DNA from: an uncultured Alphaproteobacteria bacterium | GTDB lineage: Bacteria; Pseudomonadota; Alphaproteobacteria; Rhizobiales; Hyphomicrobiaceae | NCBI GenBank assembly: GCA_963741545.1 | Contig: CAVUIN010000018.1 | Span: forward strand, 70,867-134,866 | Direction: 5' to 3' | DNA length: 64,000 nt | In this document: in pieces, positions 41,966 to 52,290 of the stretch | Layout of the letters: every line of letters begins with the position of its first letter | Numbering within the stretch: the stretch's first letter is position 1 | The notes under the pieces: generated by a model | What the model was told of the DNA's origin: nothing | Databases searched by the model: none | Seen by the model: only the letters and a program-made list of their open reading frames with translations | Position numbers and translations under genes: made by a program

Positions 41966-42359
41966 ATGCGTGCGTTCGTGTTTTTCTTGGGCATATTTGC
42001 CGCCGCTCTGACACTAGCGTGTGCTGCCGCCGAACCGGCTGTCGTCGTAGTCGATGGCGCGCGCGGCGGACAAAAGAGCAGTGACCGTCGCAGCCGGCTC
42101 CACGCTAGCCGTGGATATAGCGGGCATGCCGGGAACGGGGTTCCGTTGGATTGCCACGGGCCGTTGCCCCGCATTCCTCACGATGCAAGAGCGAAGACGC
42201 AGTGGACCAGGCGAGCGCCCGGGCCAAGAAGGTCGTCAGCGTTTGACGTTTGCCGTGACGGGGCAGGGCGAGGGCCGGATTGTGCTGCACTACCGGCGGC
42301 CATGGGAGCCGGTGACCGGCAAAGAAGAGTCATTTGAACTGAAAGTCATTGCCAAGTAG
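41966..42359 (+). CDS. Chagasin/I42-family cysteine protease inhibitor (frameshift near 42060)
   Basis: Signal peptide in one frame, then GMPGTGFRW, PGQEG and LHYRRPWE loops in the next. Confidence 0.8.
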
Positions 42360-42370
42360 GGGAGGTTAAG

Positions 42371-43963
42371 ATGTGGAAGTGGTTCGCTCGCCCGCTGAAT
42401 ACAGCGATCGCTGTTGCAGCATTCGCCACCGGAATGGGAGTTTTATCATCGGCCGACGCGCAAACGGCGGTTCGCGAACAAGAGCGGCGCACCCAGATAC
42501 GCGCGCTTGAACGCGTGACGGGCGAAAAACTCAAAGCCTCGGTTGTTGAAAAAGAACGCCAGGCTCCCCGCGAAATTCAAACCAAATTGCGCGATGTCCG
42601 CAGCGAACTGATTGAAGGCGGAGACGAGAAGTTTATCGGCGGCAAGCCGACCTTCAATGTCGGACACACGTCGGCGTTGCGCCGCACAGTAAAGCAACTG
42701 ACTGGGTTGACGGTTCCTGACACTGCTCAATCGGCACGCCCTGAAGAGGCCCGCAAAGCCGATCAGTTGCTGGAGCGGGAAGAGAAGCTCAATGACGCCC
42801 TGAGCGCGGGTGGTGCGTTGACCAGCCGGCATGTGGAAAAGAAACCGGTGCGCGCGTCGTCGTGGGGGTGCTCGCCGACGGCCCAGTCATTCGATTGGCG
42901 CGAAAAAGGCGCGGTAACGGACGTCAAAGACCAGGGTTCATGCGGAAGCTGCTGGGCCTTTGCCGCGGTCGCGGCCCTCGAGGGCAGTCACTTCGCGGCC
43001 AACCGCAGCAACATGACAGGGTCCGAACAGCAGGTATTGAGCTGCTCGCGCGGCGGCAATTGCCTCGACGGCGGCTGGTATTTTACCGCCTGGGACAATT
43101 TGCAAGGCGAGGGTAACGCCGCGCAGTCCAACTACTCTTATGAAGGGCAGGATGCGCAGTGCAAATGGAGTACGCCTACGCCCTATCATTGGGGATCCTG
43201 GGGTTGGGCGACAGACGGCATCGATCCAGACGTCCCAGCTATCAAGCGGGCGCTGTGCAAGCACGGACCACTTGCGACCGCCGTTGTGGCGGGCACGCCT
43301 GCATTTGGCGCTTACCGTTCTGGTGTCTTCAATGAGCGCAGCACGAAGCCGATCGATCACGCCGTCACGATTGTCGGATGGAACGACAGGAAGAAGGCGT
43401 GGCTCATCAAGAATTCGTGGAACACGGGCTGGGGCGACCGGGGGTATATGTGGATCCACTACGACAGCAACCGGATCGGCAGCTATACGGCCTGGGTGCA
43501 GGCGCGTAAACATGTGCGCCTCGTGGACGACTGCTACAGCTTTAAATCGTCCAAGGCCAAGGCCTACAAAATCAACCAAGTCTGGAAGGTGATATCGAAC
43601 AACGACATTATCGCCAATCTTGGCGGTAGCCGGGACGATGCGGATCGTGCCGTCCAAATTATCAAACATTACGGAATGTCGAAGCGCTGCTTCGTCAATC
43701 GCAAGGATTGGGATTTTCAGTACTTCTTGAAAGACAAGAAAGCGCCGAAAGGCGAATGGGCGGGCGAGGCGTGCACAAAGTTCGAGACCGGCAATATCGA
43801 CGTTAACAAGGAAGGTGAGAAGTGGCTGCTTGAAGACGGTGTCACACGGATCAAGACCTTCAAGACGGAGCAGGAGGCGTGGATGGCTCTGGCATATATC
43901 CGCCGCCACGAATTCACGCATCAATGCAGCGTGGCGAACGGATTTCAGTATTACCGGCAATAA
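42371..43963 (+). CDS. Secreted papain-like (C1A) cysteine protease
   Basis: FDWR, DQGSCGSCWAF, SEQ, DHAVTIVGW, IKNSW..WGDRGY; RBS GGAGG. Confidence 0.93.
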   Translation: MWKWFARPLNTAIAVAAFATGMGVLSSADAQTAVREQERRTQIRALERVTGEKLKASVVEKERQAPREIQTKLRDVRSELIEGGDEKFIGGKPTFNVGHTSALRRTVKQLTGLTVPDTAQSARPEEARKADQLLEREEKLNDALSAGGALTSRHVEKKPVRASSWGCSPTAQSFDWREKGAVTDVKDQGSCGSCWAFAAVAALEGSHFAANRSNMTGSEQQVLSCSRGGNCLDGGWYFTAWDNLQGEGNAAQSNYSYEGQDAQCKWSTPTPYHWGSWGWATDGIDPDVPAIKRALCKHGPLATAVVAGTPAFGAYRSGVFNERSTKPIDHAVTIVGWNDRKKAWLIKNSWNTGWGDRGYMWIHYDSNRIGSYTAWVQARKHVRLVDDCYSFKSSKAKAYKINQVWKVISNNDIIANLGGSRDDADRAVQIIKHYGMSKRCFVNRKDWDFQYFLKDKKAPKGEWAGEACTKFETGNIDVNKEGEKWLLEDGVTRIKTFKTEQEAWMALAYIRRHEFTHQCSVANGFQYYRQ

Positions 43964-44106
43964 ATAGGCTAAGGAATGAGGCCGAGGCGCGCCGGTTAAA
44001 CACCTTGATCTGTTGCGGCTTCACGCCACCTGTTGGCGTTATGGCCGGCAACGGCTATACGCGCCCGCGAAGGGTATGCGCGTCGTGCTTTGCGCCGGAA
44101 GGTTTC

Positions 44107-45351
44107 ATGAAAATCGAATTGACGGAAAACGAGCCGCGGCTGGCTGGCAAGAGCGTCGGCGCGATCGTGCATGCTTGCCATGTCGCGACCATCGACCAGG
44201 GGCTTGAAGCGCTCGCCATTCCCGGGCTCACACGCGACACACTCGAACCCGTGCTGCAGTATTGTGCAGAGGTGCGCTGCGCAGCCGACAACGTGTCGTG
44301 CCCAGGATGCAAACGGCGCACGGAGATGCTCGGTCTAGAAACACTCGACCAATTCATTCTGAGTAAGAAGGAAGTTGTCGTCGGCGATGGGCGCGTGCGC
44401 TTGAAGGGCGAGGGGACAGAAATTGTCGCGACGCCGTGCCTCGAGAGTCTGACGCGACAGTGGTCGGGTGAGAACTACTGGTTCTGGGCGCGCCGCGTTA
44501 TTCGCAAGCTGCGCCATGGAATCCGGCGCGCGCATATGCAGGGCGAGCCGGTCGCTGGCGAAGGCGAAACACCGGCTGTCATTTTGATGGAGCCGCAGCT
44601 TGCCGATAACATCGGCATGGTCGCGCGTGCGTGCGCAAATTTCGGGATCGATGATTTGCGCCTCGTCAATCCGCGCGACGGCTGGCCAAACGAGAAGGCA
44701 CGCATCGCGGCCTCGGGCGCCAACTACATAATCGATGATGCGCGGGCATTTTCGTCCCTTGAAGAGAGCATGAGCGATCTCAATTGGATGGCTGCGACGA
44801 CGGCGCGCCAGCGCGATTTGCGCAAACCCGTGCTGACGCCGGAACAAGCGATTGCCGAAATGCGCACCCGGATTGCCAAGGGTGAGCGCTGCGGCATTCT
44901 GTTCGGGCGTGAGCGCAATGGGCTTGAGACGGGCGAGGTCGCCAATGCGGATGCCCTCATTATGATTCCGGTTAATTCGCGTTTTGCCTCGCTTAACCTT
45001 GCGCAGGCGGTTTTGCTGCTCGGCTACGAGTGGATGCGGGGCGCGCCGGAGCGCAGCCTCGGACGTGTCACAACATATGAAAAACCGCTGAGCGAAGGCA
45101 TGAACATGGGCCGCGACCGGCCCGCAACAAAAGCGGAACTCACCGCGCTTTTCGAGCATTTGGAAGGGGAACTCGATCGCTTGGGCTTTTTCAATCCCGA
45201 ATACCGCCGCCCTACTGTCGTCCAGAACTTGCGCTCTTTCTTTCTCAGGGCGAGCGCGACCGATCAGGAAGTGCGGACCCTTCGTGGCATTGTTGCCACG
45301 CTCGCACAGGGCAAAGGCCGGGGCCGCAAAGCCCCTGGCGAGGTGCCTTGA
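44107..45351 (+). CDS. TrmJ/LasT-type SPOUT RNA methyltransferase with extra N-terminal Cys-rich domain
   Basis: EPQLADNIGMVARA, ATTARQR, LFGRERNGL, SLNLAQAV, EVRTLRG. Confidence 0.88.
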   Translation: MKIELTENEPRLAGKSVGAIVHACHVATIDQGLEALAIPGLTRDTLEPVLQYCAEVRCAADNVSCPGCKRRTEMLGLETLDQFILSKKEVVVGDGRVRLKGEGTEIVATPCLESLTRQWSGENYWFWARRVIRKLRHGIRRAHMQGEPVAGEGETPAVILMEPQLADNIGMVARACANFGIDDLRLVNPRDGWPNEKARIAASGANYIIDDARAFSSLEESMSDLNWMAATTARQRDLRKPVLTPEQAIAEMRTRIAKGERCGILFGRERNGLETGEVANADALIMIPVNSRFASLNLAQAVLLLGYEWMRGAPERSLGRVTTYEKPLSEGMNMGRDRPATKAELTALFEHLEGELDRLGFFNPEYRRPTVVQNLRSFFLRASATDQEVRTLRGIVATLAQGKGRGRKAPGEVP

Positions 45352-45552
45352 TCTGGCCAAGTTTTGGGTCGAGCGATGCCGCTTGAAACGGCAACTCTTG
45401 GGCAATGCGTGTGGGTCCATCGACGGCACCTCACTATTGCCGGAAGCAATAGGCGCTGAAGAGACGGCTTTATTTTTAGAAGTCCGCGCAGGCTTTAGGC
45501 TTCCGGATGTTTCCGGTATCCGGTATCAAGTGAGGCTCATTTGGAGAACGTG

Positions 45553-46299
45553 ATGAAAATGAGGGCGGGGAAAGTTTTGGCGGGTGCGGTTGCGCTTGCG
45601 TTGTTGGTGCCAGTGGCGTCTGCCTCTGCTCAGGAACTGAGCGAGATGGCGGTCAAGTCGTTTATGGATTTCGCTTGGTCGCTGACACCTCAGCAGTTTT
45701 CCAAGCCCGACGGGACAACGATCCAGATCGATAAGAAGAAGCCTGACGAGGTCAAGGTGCCGGTCGATGTGGCGCGCGAAGTGATCAAGGTCGGCCGCTT
45801 ATCGGCGCATGCCCAGATCTGCGATCTCCGCGACGAACAAAAAGCCAACCACATCACGCTGATGAAGCGTGAAGAGGCAAAGAAAAAATGGACGCCGCAG
45901 CAGCTCGTCTACATCAGCCAGCTGCATCTAACGACCGTGATGCTACTCACCGGAAAAATCCGTCTGGTCGAGAAAGAAGGCGATAAGGAAGTCATCGTTG
46001 AAGAAGGCAAGGCGCCTGCAACAACGTGCACCGACGAGCAGCGGAAGAAAGTTGTCGAATTGATCGTTGCTTACGTAAAGACGGGTCCGCAGCCTAAAGG
46101 CGCTGCCCCAGCCGATGGAGAGCCGGTGCCGGCAGCTGCAGCAGCCGGCGCAGCTGCAGCCGCTGCTGCTGCCAACAAAAAGGCTGCAGACGGGACAACG
46201 ACGGGTTCGACCACGACGGCGGCCCCTGCTGCTGGCGCGGCGCCTGCGGCGAAACAGCCGGCTGCGGCCCCTGCGGCACCCGCTCCTGAGAAGAAATAA
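45553..46299 (+). CDS. Secreted hypothetical protein with Ala/Pro-rich tail
   Basis: Signal peptide; WTPQQ..YISQLH motif. Confidence 0.75.
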   Translation: MKMRAGKVLAGAVALALLVPVASASAQELSEMAVKSFMDFAWSLTPQQFSKPDGTTIQIDKKKPDEVKVPVDVAREVIKVGRLSAHAQICDLRDEQKANHITLMKREEAKKKWTPQQLVYISQLHLTTVMLLTGKIRLVEKEGDKEVIVEEGKAPATTCTDEQRKKVVELIVAYVKTGPQPKGAAPADGEPVPAAAAAGAAAAAAAANKKAADGTTTGSTTTAAPAAGAAPAAKQPAAAPAAPAPEKK

Positions 46300-46555
46300 G
46301 GGCTTCGGGCGGGTTTGAGCTGTTTATCAGGCCCGTGCAGGTTGACGCCACCAGGCAACGACGGTATCAGACCGTTAGATGCGCGGGCCATTTTGGCCCG
46401 CGTTTCATTTGCGCACCCGCGGCGGAACTTTTGAAGGTTCATGCCTGTCGTCTCCATGATCCAGAATTTGGTAAGGGAGCAGAGGAGGGGGCGCTCCAAA
46501 CACATCACGGTTTCGGGATCGCCCGCGGCCGATGCAACTTATGGAGTGCTAGACT

Positions 46556-47173
46556 ATGACCAAGCGCGTCCGCGCCAAACACAAGATCGATCGCCGTTTA
46601 GGCGAGAACATCTGGGGCCGTCCTAAGAGCCCGCTCAATCGCCGCGAAAGCCGCCCTGGCCAGCATGGCGAACGCAGAGTCGGCAAAACGTCCGACTTCG
46701 GCCAGCAGCTCAAGGCCAAACAGAAACTCAAAGGCTACTACGCATCGATTTCGGAACGTCAGTTCCGCAAGGTCTACGCTGAAGCGTCGTCCATGAAGGG
46801 CTCGACCTCCGAGCACTTGATCGGCCTCTTGGAGCGCCGCCTCGATGCGCTCGTCTATCGCGCCAAATTCGTTCCGACCGTTTTCGCTGCACGCCAGTTT
46901 GTCTCGCACGGCCACGTGACCGTCAACGGCCGCCGCGTGACGATCCCGAGCTATCGCCTGCGCATCGGCGACGTCATTGAAGTCAGAGAAAAAGCGCGCC
47001 AGCTTGGGCTTGTACTCGAAGCCGTCAAGAGTGCCGAACGCGACGTGCCGGATTACGTCACTCACGACCACACCAAGATGACGGCTTCACTGGCGCGCAT
47101 TCCGGCCTTGGCCGATGTGCCGTATCCGGTGACGATGGAACCCAACCTCGTGGTCGAATTCTACTCGCGCTGA
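46556..47173 (+). CDS. rpsD: 30S ribosomal protein S4
   Basis: [42 protein letters not shown]. Confidence 0.98.
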   Translation: MTKRVRAKHKIDRRLGENIWGRPKSPLNRRESRPGQHGERRVGKTSDFGQQLKAKQKLKGYYASISERQFRKVYAEASSMKGSTSEHLIGLLERRLDALVYRAKFVPTVFAARQFVSHGHVTVNGRRVTIPSYRLRIGDVIEVREKARQLGLVLEAVKSAERDVPDYVTHDHTKMTASLARIPALADVPYPVTMEPNLVVEFYSR

Positions 47174-47184
47174 GCGAGCGGGCA

Positions 47185-48186
47185 ATGCCTGGACCTATTG
47201 CGAGCGGCTGGACTTTCAAGTCCGGCCGTTTGCTTTTTGGACGCTTTGCTCAGATGCTATGGCTCGCCTTTGTCATGGTCGCTAGCGGAGGAATTCCCGG
47301 TATGGCCGAAAGTCCGGTCGATCGGGCAGGTCTTGCAGCATTGCGCCCTGGCGCCCCGGTCTCGGACGTCGCCAGAGCCTATGGCATTGCTTGGAAGGCG
47401 CCCCTGCCGCACCGGGAGGGCAGCGTCCTAACACTCGCTTCGACCGGTGGCGTTGTCGTTCGCATCACAAGCAGTGGTCAGCTCGGCTCGATCCGTTACG
47501 ATTGGCGCTTCGGCGAGGATGTCCCTGTCCTCGGGATTCACATGAGCGCCCGCGAGGATGCCTTGCGTGCGCGCTTTCCGAGCCTTGATCTGAAGCCGCT
47601 TGCGATGGGCCCCTTCTCCTGGACGAGCCTGGTCGAGGGCGGGCTGCACATGCGCTTCGAGCTCGGGACAACCTATGAAGGCGTGCGCTATCTACGCTGG
47701 ATAGAACTCTTCGATCCAGCAGCCGTATATCCAGCGAAACAGCCGGTGGCCTATCCCACGCCATCGGGCGTTCCGGGTGCCCCCTTCAAAGACATCAATC
47801 TCAAGCTGGCCGTGCTCTCCGAGCTGATGGAGAAAGGCCACATCGACTTCGGCGATCCGCAAGACCTCTATGATCACGTGCTGGGGCGGCACTTCGATCT
47901 CGAAGCAGAAGGCTACGAACCCGTGTCTGAGGCGCGCGATTATCTCGCCCGCTTCCCCTTGAGCCAGGAACTGCTCGATCAGGTAACCAGCATAGAGTTT
48001 GATGGCGGCTCGGAGATCTATCGCTACATCAACTATTTCTGGGATGGCGAGAGCGACGAGTTCGCGATCACATCGTTCGATGGCATCGAAGCGCTGCGTA
48101 ATTTGAGGTCGATACGTATCATTTCGATGGTGGATGAGACGGTTGATCTGGAGCCATTGAAGCTGCGAGGTATCTCAGTGCAATAG
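47185..48186 (+). CDS. Hypothetical protein with DUF6892-like C-terminal domain
   Basis: FKDINLKLAVLSELM, FDGGSEIY, WDGE, LRNL; start uncertain. Confidence 0.65.
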   Translation: MPGPIASGWTFKSGRLLFGRFAQMLWLAFVMVASGGIPGMAESPVDRAGLAALRPGAPVSDVARAYGIAWKAPLPHREGSVLTLASTGGVVVRITSSGQLGSIRYDWRFGEDVPVLGIHMSAREDALRARFPSLDLKPLAMGPFSWTSLVEGGLHMRFELGTTYEGVRYLRWIELFDPAAVYPAKQPVAYPTPSGVPGAPFKDINLKLAVLSELMEKGHIDFGDPQDLYDHVLGRHFDLEAEGYEPVSEARDYLARFPLSQELLDQVTSIEFDGGSEIYRYINYFWDGESDEFAITSFDGIEALRNLRSIRIISMVDETVDLEPLKLRGISVQ

Positions 48187-48195
48187 CTGTGGCCG

Positions 48196-49029
48196 TTATG
48201 CAGAGGCTGCCACGGCCAGACCCGCAACCATCAGCAAAACCCCGATGGGCTTGGTCAACCGCGCGCCAAATGGCGCGAGCTTTTCGAGCAGCACGAGGAT
48301 CGATAGCCCTGCGATCCAGACGAGGTTCATGACTCCGCCCGCGAAGAGGAGCAGCATGAGGCTCCAGCAGCATCCCAAACAGTAAGCGCCGTGCACGACG
48401 CCGAGGCGGAACGCGCCGCTTGGGCCCGGGCGCCAGTTCTGACTGAGGAAGGCGGCCGGCGAGCGGCAGTGGTTGAGACAGGCGCGTTTCAGGCTTGAGA
48501 ATTGATATAGCCCGGCGAGCACGAGCAATCCGCCCGTCAAGACGCGGCTCAGCGACCACATCCACATTCCGTCGACAAGACCGGTGCGCTCTAAAAAGTA
48601 TTGTAGCGACGTCGCCAAAACGGAGAACGCAAGCCAGCAGAGCAGATATCCGGTGGCGAAAGCGGCGATGGGAATTGAAGATCCTGCGATCTGTCCTTTT
48701 CGCTGGCCTTGAGCATAGACCCGCGCATAAATCATCATCATTGGACTAGCACTCGGCAACATCATCGCGACCATCATGACGAACCACATAGCCGTCATCA
48801 TGAGCGCGTAGCTGGGCGTCCACACGGCCGGGCCATACAGCGTTTCAGCTGACGGCGGAAAGCGCCATGTCGTCATGTGCGCCGCCGGCATGCCGGTTCC
48901 GGCTCCGCTAAGAAGATAGCCCCACGCGACGAGTGTTATCAGAGCGATCGCAACGGCCAGGATCGCGCGTTCGCTTTTGATTGCGCGTTCAAGCGCCGCA
49001 AGCGGGAACTGGGACGGCTGCGAGGTCAA
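48196..49029 (-). CDS. DUF2182 predicted metal-binding membrane protein
   Basis: MWFVMMVAMMLPS, YQFSSLKRACLNHCRSP, YCLGCCWSLM, GVMNLVW. Confidence 0.9.
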   Translation of the reverse strand: MTSQPSQFPLAALERAIKSERAILAVAIALITLVAWGYLLSGAGTGMPAAHMTTWRFPPSAETLYGPAVWTPSYALMMTAMWFVMMVAMMLPSASPMMMIYARVYAQGQRKGQIAGSSIPIAAFATGYLLCWLAFSVLATSLQYFLERTGLVDGMWMWSLSRVLTGGLLVLAGLYQFSSLKRACLNHCRSPAAFLSQNWRPGPSGAFRLGVVHGAYCLGCCWSLMLLLFAGGVMNLVWIAGLSILVLLEKLAPFGARLTKPIGVLLMVAGLAVAASA

Positions 49030-49670
49030 GCGGCGGACTTACTCTTGACGATTCCATAATTGTTCAAGCGCAGCGTCGCGAAGTGTGCGTGCGAAGCGGA
49101 AAGTGTGAGCGCAATTGGCCCGTTGATCTTGGCGCTCCCTTGCGCGACTTCGGCGATCTCGTACTCGAAGCCGTTCGGAATATCGATTCTTGCGCGGTGC
49201 TCGGCTCCTGTCACGGGGTTCAAGATTGGGCTGCCCGTTGCATCGATAATGCCGTCGATGACGACGCGGCCGCGGCGTTTGTCGATGTCGATTTCAACGT
49301 CGATTTTCTTGAAGGCCGGATCAAAAGCCTTCTCAAGAGTAGACGCAAAAACGCTGAAGATTGTCGCGCCGGGCGACGTCTCGCCGCCAGTCATGATCGT
49401 CAGGATGGCGTTGCGCTGGGCCTCGCTGGCGCGCTCGTCGACGATGAGAAAGGCTTCGCCCTTGCCGAAGTGGATCGGTCCCGGCCATTTCATGATGCCG
49501 ACCGCGCGCAAGCCGTCGAGCCGGACATCGCCGAAGTGCCCCTTGTCGATTTCGAGACCGACGAAGGCCGCGCAGTCGCCGTGCGTCGGCAAGGCATTGA
49601 ATTGGCACGGGCAACCGAAATCGCAATTGCAGTTGGCAAATTCGCGGGCTTCTATTTCCCAGGGGATCAT
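49026..49670 (-). CDS. DUF1326 protein
   Basis: NCNCDFGCPC, PTHGDC, WPGPIHFG, GFEY. Confidence 0.9.
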   Translation of the reverse strand: MIPWEIEAREFANCNCDFGCPCQFNALPTHGDCAAFVGLEIDKGHFGDVRLDGLRAVGIMKWPGPIHFGKGEAFLIVDERASEAQRNAILTIMTGGETSPGATIFSVFASTLEKAFDPAFKKIDVEIDIDKRRGRVVIDGIIDATGSPILNPVTGAEHRARIDIPNGFEYEIAEVAQGSAKINGPIALTLSASHAHFATLRLNNYGIVKSKSAA

Positions 49671-49757
49671 GCTGGCGCTCCGGTTCTCGAGTTGCGTCCT
49701 ATAATATGGGGAAATTCGTGGTTTGCGAAGCAATCGTTACTGGTGGCATCGCGATTT

Positions 49758-50823
49758 TCATGCGGTTTTGCTTCGGGAGGCGGGGGAAGTGCTGATGGTC
49801 TTGATGTGCTTCAATCTTTGCTGTTGGGCTGGCGGGGAGGCATTGGCCCAGCCATAGGCGAGCATGGTGATGAGCGCGCTGGCGGCAAAGAAATAGACGC
49901 CGGGCAGGACGGTTGCTTCCGTGTAGCCACTCGAATTGACATAGAAAATCATGAGGGCAAGAACCATGACGTCGGTCATGGAATAGCGCCCGAGCCACTC
50001 CATGGTGGCAATCGACTTGCGGCGGAACTCAGGCTCGATGTCGTGCGAGGTGATAAGCGTCAGCAGATAAAACAGCTTCATGAACGGAAAGAAGATCGAG
50101 ACGGCAAAGAGCACGGCGCAGAGGAAGATCTCGTCGGTCTCGAAGAGCGCGTACATGATTGTCAGGATCGAATGCTGGTTGGTCCAAACGTAAACCGTCG
50201 TGAAACGGATCGTCGGCAGGATTATGCCCAGTGCGAAGAACACGGTCGCGACGATGATCAGAAAACTCAAGCCGAAGTTGCGCCAGTTGGATCGTGGGGC
50301 CGCTGCCGGTATCGGGTTGAGGCAGGTTATGGGGCGCCTCAAGGGCGGCGCGGTCAATGCCGTCGGTTCTGATCCAAGCGTAGGCCAGGATCATGAGCAC
50401 GACGGCGGCGGTGAAGAAGTAGACGCCATAAAGGCTGGTCGCATCATACATGCCGTGGCTCTTGACGAAGAAGATCGTCAACGCCAGCACGAGCACGTCG
50501 TGCATGGACCATTTGCCGAGCCATTCGAGCGCGTGTAAGCGGCGGTTCTGGCGCGCGATCTCGGCGGGCGGAAGCGTTGAGACCATGAGCAGATAAAGCA
50601 GCTTGGCGATTGGGAGAATAATAGAAAAGATGAGAACGATAGCGCCAAGGAAGGTCTGCCCTTCGGAGACGAGTACATCGACGGTCGACAGCAGGGAATG
50701 TTCTGTCGTCCAGATTCCAAACTTGGTGAGCTTGATAATCGGCAATGAAATGCCGAGCGCTAAGCAGACGCTGGCTGCGAGAATTGTCAAACTCAATAAG
50801 AAGCGCCGGCCGCTTTGGAGCAT
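49758..50823 (-). CDS. pqiA: Paraquat-inducible protein A (two PqiA domains; frameshift near 50335)
   Basis: LEWLGKWSMHDVLV and MEWLGRYSMTDVMV motifs. Confidence 0.8.
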
Positions 50824-51042
50824 TCGCCGTTCTATCCCGCGTGTGATGCCGTGCGGCTCAGTCTATAGGATCTCTGGCGTTAACGAACGGCAGAAATGTG
50901 AAGCCGGATCTTGAGGCGGAATAAGCGGCGGAATGAGGGTGCAGCACCCAAATAGGACGCCAAAAAGGGCGGGGCCTAAGCCGCCACCCATTGGGATTTC
51001 GAAGAAAATTCGAGGTTGCCGGACGTGAGCCAGCGGCCGGCT

Positions 51043-51387
51043 TTAGCCGTGATGATGGGCGTGTGGAATGCCCTTCTGGCAGATGAGATCGTGCAGTTCG
51101 CCTGCCTGGTACATTTCCTTCATGATATCGCAGCCGCCGACGAATTCGCCTTTGACGTAGAGCTGGGGAATGGTCGGCCAATTGCTAAAGGCTTTGATGC
51201 CTTCGCGAACGCCTTGATCCTCGAGCACGTTCACTTCCTTGAACGGGACACCGAGGGCTTCCAGGATCTTGACGGCGGTCGCCGAGAAGCCGCACTGCGG
51301 GAACTGCTTGGTTCCCTTCATGAACAGCACGATGTCGTTTTCTGTGATGGTCTTGGAAATGGCCGTCTGGTTAGTGTCTTGAGCCAT
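51043..51387 (-). CDS. grxD: Monothiol glutaredoxin
   Basis: FMKGT..FPQCGFS, WPTIPQLY, GGCDI. Confidence 0.96.
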   Translation of the reverse strand: MAQDTNQTAISKTITENDIVLFMKGTKQFPQCGFSATAVKILEALGVPFKEVNVLEDQGVREGIKAFSNWPTIPQLYVKGEFVGGCDIMKEMYQAGELHDLICQKGIPHAHHHG

Positions 51388-51483
51388 GGGGCTGCTCCTT
51401 TTGGGGCCTGTGCACGGGGTCCGTGCGAATTCAATTGAGAGATGTGGGAGAGGCGCGGTCCGAAGTCAATCTTTGGTGTTGCC

Positions 51484-51717
51484 TCATTTGGGCGAGCTTG
51501 TGGTGAGCTGGAGGGCGTGGAGAACGCCGCCCATGTTGCCGCCGAGTGCCTGGTAGACCATCTGGTGCTGCTGGACCCGGCTCTTGCCTTCAAATGCTGA
51601 GGATACAACGGTGGCCGCATAGTGATCGCCGTCGCCAGCCAGATCCTTGATCTCGATTTGGGCGTCAGGGAAGGCGGCTTTGATCATGCGCTCGATTTCG
51701 GTTGCCTGCATCGGCAT
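51484..51717 (-). CDS. bolA: BolA family protein
   Basis: DLAGDGDHY, SRVQQHQMVY, LHAL. Confidence 0.93.
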   Translation of the reverse strand: MPMQATEIERMIKAAFPDAQIEIKDLAGDGDHYAATVVSSAFEGKSRVQQHQMVYQALGGNMGGVLHALQLTTSSPK

Positions 51718-51956
51718 CGATTGGGGCTCCTGGCGTTCCGACTGGCTTATTGAAAGAGGGTGGGATGGAGGAAATACTGCGCGCTGCACGTTTAGACTAT
51801 GTGGCGTGAACGCGTGATCAGCGATAGCGCTCCATTATATAAGATTAATTGATGGCAATGTCACGCGAATGAGATTTGTGGTTATCGTCCATCGGGCCTA
51901 AGTTAGTCGTTATAGGGACGCGAGTTCTTATAGTTTTTTTGTTGATGGAGACGACC

Positions 51957-52046
51957 ATGAAGACCTGGATGAAGCCCGAAGTTCGCGAAACGGAAGTTGG
52001 CCTCGAAGTGACCAGCTACCTCCCAGCTGAAATCGACATGATCTAA
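51957..52046 (+). CDS. pqqA: PQQ precursor peptide (too short for the ORF track)
   Basis: Hand translation MKTWMKPEVRETEVGLEVTSYLPAEIDMI with W-x-KP and E-x3-Y; RBS GGAGA; hairpin downstream. Confidence 0.9.
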   Translation: MKTWMKPEVRETEVGLEVTSYLPAEIDMI

Positions 52047-52290
52047 TGTCGGCTTTCGTCTGACTAAAAGCCTCCGGTGGCGGATGATTTGATCATGCGC
52101 CGCCGGGGTTCTTCTCACGACGAACATTTCTGATCGTCGTTTTTTTATGCGCGGAGACCTTAGGCCTCGCGTTTTTTTTGTTTTTGGACCGTGGTTCCTC
52201 GTCAAAGCGCACGGCACCGCTTCCCCCGAAGTGAGTACGCAGTAAGCTTCAGCTGCTGATTCATCTGATGCTTGTTAATTGGAGTGCCGC

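Noticed and set aside
46100-46299. GCT/GCA-rich repetitive DNA
   Set aside because: Explained by an Ala/Pro-rich protein tail.
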